Source: Spirogloea muscicola
Taxonomy: Eukaryota
DNA length: 50,822 bases
Direction: 5' to 3'
NCBI GenBank assembly: GCA_009602725.1
Contig: WELB01000018.1
Location: 13,749-64,570 of the forward strand
Shown here: positions 47,818 to 50,822 of the stretch, piece by piece
Layout of the letters: every line of letters starts with the position of its first letter
Position numbering within the stretch: the stretch's first letter is position 1
The notes under the pieces: model-generated
The model's input: the letters and a program-made list of their open reading frames with translations, nothing else
What the model was told of the DNA's origin: nothing
Database searches by the model: none
Program-made: the position numbers and the translations under genes

Positions 47818-50699
47818 CTACAAGCGATTGCTCTTTATTGTGCTTGTTGCACGCTCTCCTTCAATTTTGTCATGCCGGTGAGGCACCATTGGTGTTGCAG
47901 CAACCCACGACAGCGTGGTGGCCATCCCGCCCATGGCCAGCACCGTCAGCGGAACGCGTAAAGGAAGGTACCTGTCTTGAAACATCGAGAGCAAGTGTGA
48001 CACAGCCGCAGAATTTACAGCAAAACCTCGTCAGAAGGAAGATGCATCGTGTTAATTAGAGCTGCTTATGTTGCTGTGGATAAGCGTGTCCTTGTGCATG
48101 CTTGAAGCCAAACTTCATATGCAGACTCAGGTGCAACTCACCAGGCTGGCACAAGCTTCAGCCTTGCGAACACAGCATCAACTCCAAAGGCCTGCATCCA
48201 GAGTAGTTGCAAATGAGAAGCAACCCAACAGAGAGACTTTGACTTGTCGCTCAAAGCATAATGCTTCCTGTGACATTTTCCAGCTAGACTGTCTGGATCA
48301 CCACGAGCTAAGGGAATGATATGACGAGGTTATCATTATCATGTATGACGAGGTTTGTCACAAAGCTGATAGCTGATAGCTGATGGAATCAAGTGTCTAG
48401 AAAGAGACCACTGCCAACAACTGAGCATGCCTGAATTCTGTACTCAAGGTGCTGCAGAGCTTTCAGCGCACAGGCTCTTGCAGTAAAGTGACTCACCAGC
48501 CCAAGAGATCCAATGAGGATCACAAACCTCTCCAACGGAGGCTGCATAAGAGCGTACCAGGCAAGCAATGCAGGGATGATTCCCCATGTATATCTGCATT
48601 TAAGTGAGCAAAGAATGTGACTGCATAGTTTAATTCCAATGACAACACGGTGACTGGGTGACCAATTCAGAAGAACCTCAAGTGCCTCAATGCCAGCAAT
48701 TATGCTTCGAACTAGCTGTACTGCATGCATGTCCTAGTTGCCTTAATCTGCACTCAGCAAGTTGTGCTGCACCTTGCAATATTTGCTGTGACACCTGCTG
48801 TTGCGCTGGCTATGCTGTGAGTATGCGTTGCTGCAGACCATCCAATGAGTTGATCTCTGTTAGCTTGGAAAGAACATCTACAGTCTGCTTGCTGACCTAT
48901 ACTTGCTGATGTTCTTTGTGCTTAGAAGTGGTGTAGGGACTACTTCCGACACACTTAACATTGGGGTTGTTGGCGGTGCCTCTAATGTTAGCTGTATGAA
49001 AATGAATACACAACTTCAGACGGCACACCTGGGTAGTTGGCCATTGCAAAGCCCCAATGCGGCCCACCCAGAAATGACAGTATTGTTGCTCCATATGCCG
49101 CCTGTGCCTCGGCAGCCTTTAGTCTCAGCTTATCCTGCAGATTTCCAACTTTCGGCATCACACACATGCAGCAAAAAACTCGCTCTGAACTTCATGTTCC
49201 AACTTGCCCACAATCTAATGGCTTGGTTACTGTACCAGTCTCCTGAAGCAGCAAAAGCTTCCTGCCCTTGGTGTTGAGGACAATTGACTTCAGCTTATAA
49301 GCAGTTCAATGATGGTGCAGCAAGCTTCCTCTACAGAACGGCAGCGGCAACAAATAACCATGCATGTAGATAAGTGAATGAAATTGACATCCTGCTTCTA
49401 CATTGAAACATCATAAGCATGTTATCCTGTCTATCAAACACTGATAACTAATGTGCACAATACTTACCGGAAGCGGTACAAATGGTGACACAGGAGGGGC
49501 GAGGGCTACGAATGGGATGGCGCCTGCAAAGCCCAGCAAAAGGGGCACCAGCGGCACTGATGCCAGGTCTGTGACGCTGTGCCACACCCGACCACCGAAG
49601 CTCCTTGTGCGTCCCCCACCGCGACCACCTTCTGTGTAGCCCTTGCCACGAGCTGCTGCTGCTGCTGCTGCCTTTGCAGCCGCCTCCTGAGACACCGACA
49701 AAGCTCAGCTGCAGATTGGAAATCGTGATGATAAGTCAGATTGGGTCCCAAACAGTTGCTTCAAAAGCAGCGGCAACTTGCACCGAGCTCTAAGGCAAAT
49801 TAAGCCAACTCCAAATGCACACTGGCAGTGCTCCAGCTGCAGTATATGAGTACATCTCTTCTCAGCACTAGATAGTCATGACTACCACGGGACCTTGCAA
49901 TGCAGCTGAAGCATGCCATTGAGCACGCCGCTTGCCCCTCTGAGTGCCCCATGCTGAGCTCGCTCTGCTGGCATCAGTGTGATGTCTTACCGGCACAGGG
50001 CCAGAGCTCGTTGAAGCAGCAGGAGTAGATGTCAAGTGCCTGCTGCATGGAAGGGTAGCTGGCTTGCTCTGCGCGCCACCCAACAGGACGAGCTCAGCTT
50101 TCACGAGTATCAAGTTCGTCTACGCTCTCCTCCGTCTTGCATGGAGAATGCATGGCTGCTCACCTCCGCTCGACACCGCCAGCCATGGGTGCAGCTGGTC
50201 AAGGCCGACAAATGTCGGGCTGCGTCCAGCTCAAGCAAATCTAGCTGGTTCACTGGCCCTGGCTGCTCGTGTGCGACTCCTCACTGACAAGCTGCCCAGT
50301 ACTTCTCCATTGCTCAATTTGCCACTTGAGCATGGCGCATGCAGAAGACTTAGCATGCACGAGCTCTCGCAGGACTGGGGAAGCCCCAACAAGTTCTGGG
50401 CAGTCGCTGAGACATGCGCGGCTTACCTCGGCGAGCAGTTCCACGGCCTGGAGCCCCCGCAGCTGGCCACTGTGACGCGGCCTCAATTCCGTCCCAGCCG
50501 AGACGCTGCTGCTACCGCCGCAGCCCAGGCCAGTGAAGGCTCGCGCTCCCAGCACCACTGGCTGAAGGCGGCGGACGTTGGAGACCGCCTCCTGCGCCGT
50601 CGGGAGCCCGTCGACGACGCCACGCGGGGGCCCCGCGAAGCCGCAGCGCCGCAGCGGCTCGGGCGGGAAGCCCGCGCCGGCGGCGCCGCCGCGGCCGAG
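47818..50699 (-). CDS. TMEM69/DUF3429-like membrane protein, 5' end truncated by the poly(A) run
   Basis: Exons PLLLGFAGAIPFVAL, QAAYGATILSFLGGPHWGFAM, RYTWGIIPALLAWYAL and YLPLRVPLTVLA. The first exon frame is open up to 50699. Confidence 0.8.

Positions 50700-50822
<123 letters not shown>

Overview
Eukaryotic nuclear DNA with intron-rich, plant-type genes. The gene set (HESO1, HIR, GDPD4-like, plant USP/STK_N-like, plus MMADHC) suggests a green, probably streptophyte, alga; this is inference. There are about 11 spliced genes: two USP-like paralogs, a GDPD, HESO1, MMADHC/CblD, an LptB-like ABC ATPase, CDC123, two tandem HIR/band-7 genes, a small Cys/His protein and a TMEM69/DUF3429 gene cut off by a terminal poly(A) run. 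Intergenic and promoter regions carry roughly 30 5'-truncated pieces of a CRE-like non-LTR retrotransposon with a restriction-like endonuclease. These pieces have three different 3' tails, some are only 50-90 nt, and their target-site duplications (TSDs) are 6-35 bp. The most unusual feature is a degraded Ty3/gypsy element (about 42.0-47.0 kb). Its gag region is interrupted by a 1.9-kb intronless, GC-rich reading frame of about 640 aa that resembles a dsRNA (toti-like) virus capsid, bracketed by a diverged duplication of gag sequence. All calls come from reading motifs by eye; no searches were run. Single-N joins at 3733, 9782 and 15015 make adjacency uncertain at those points.
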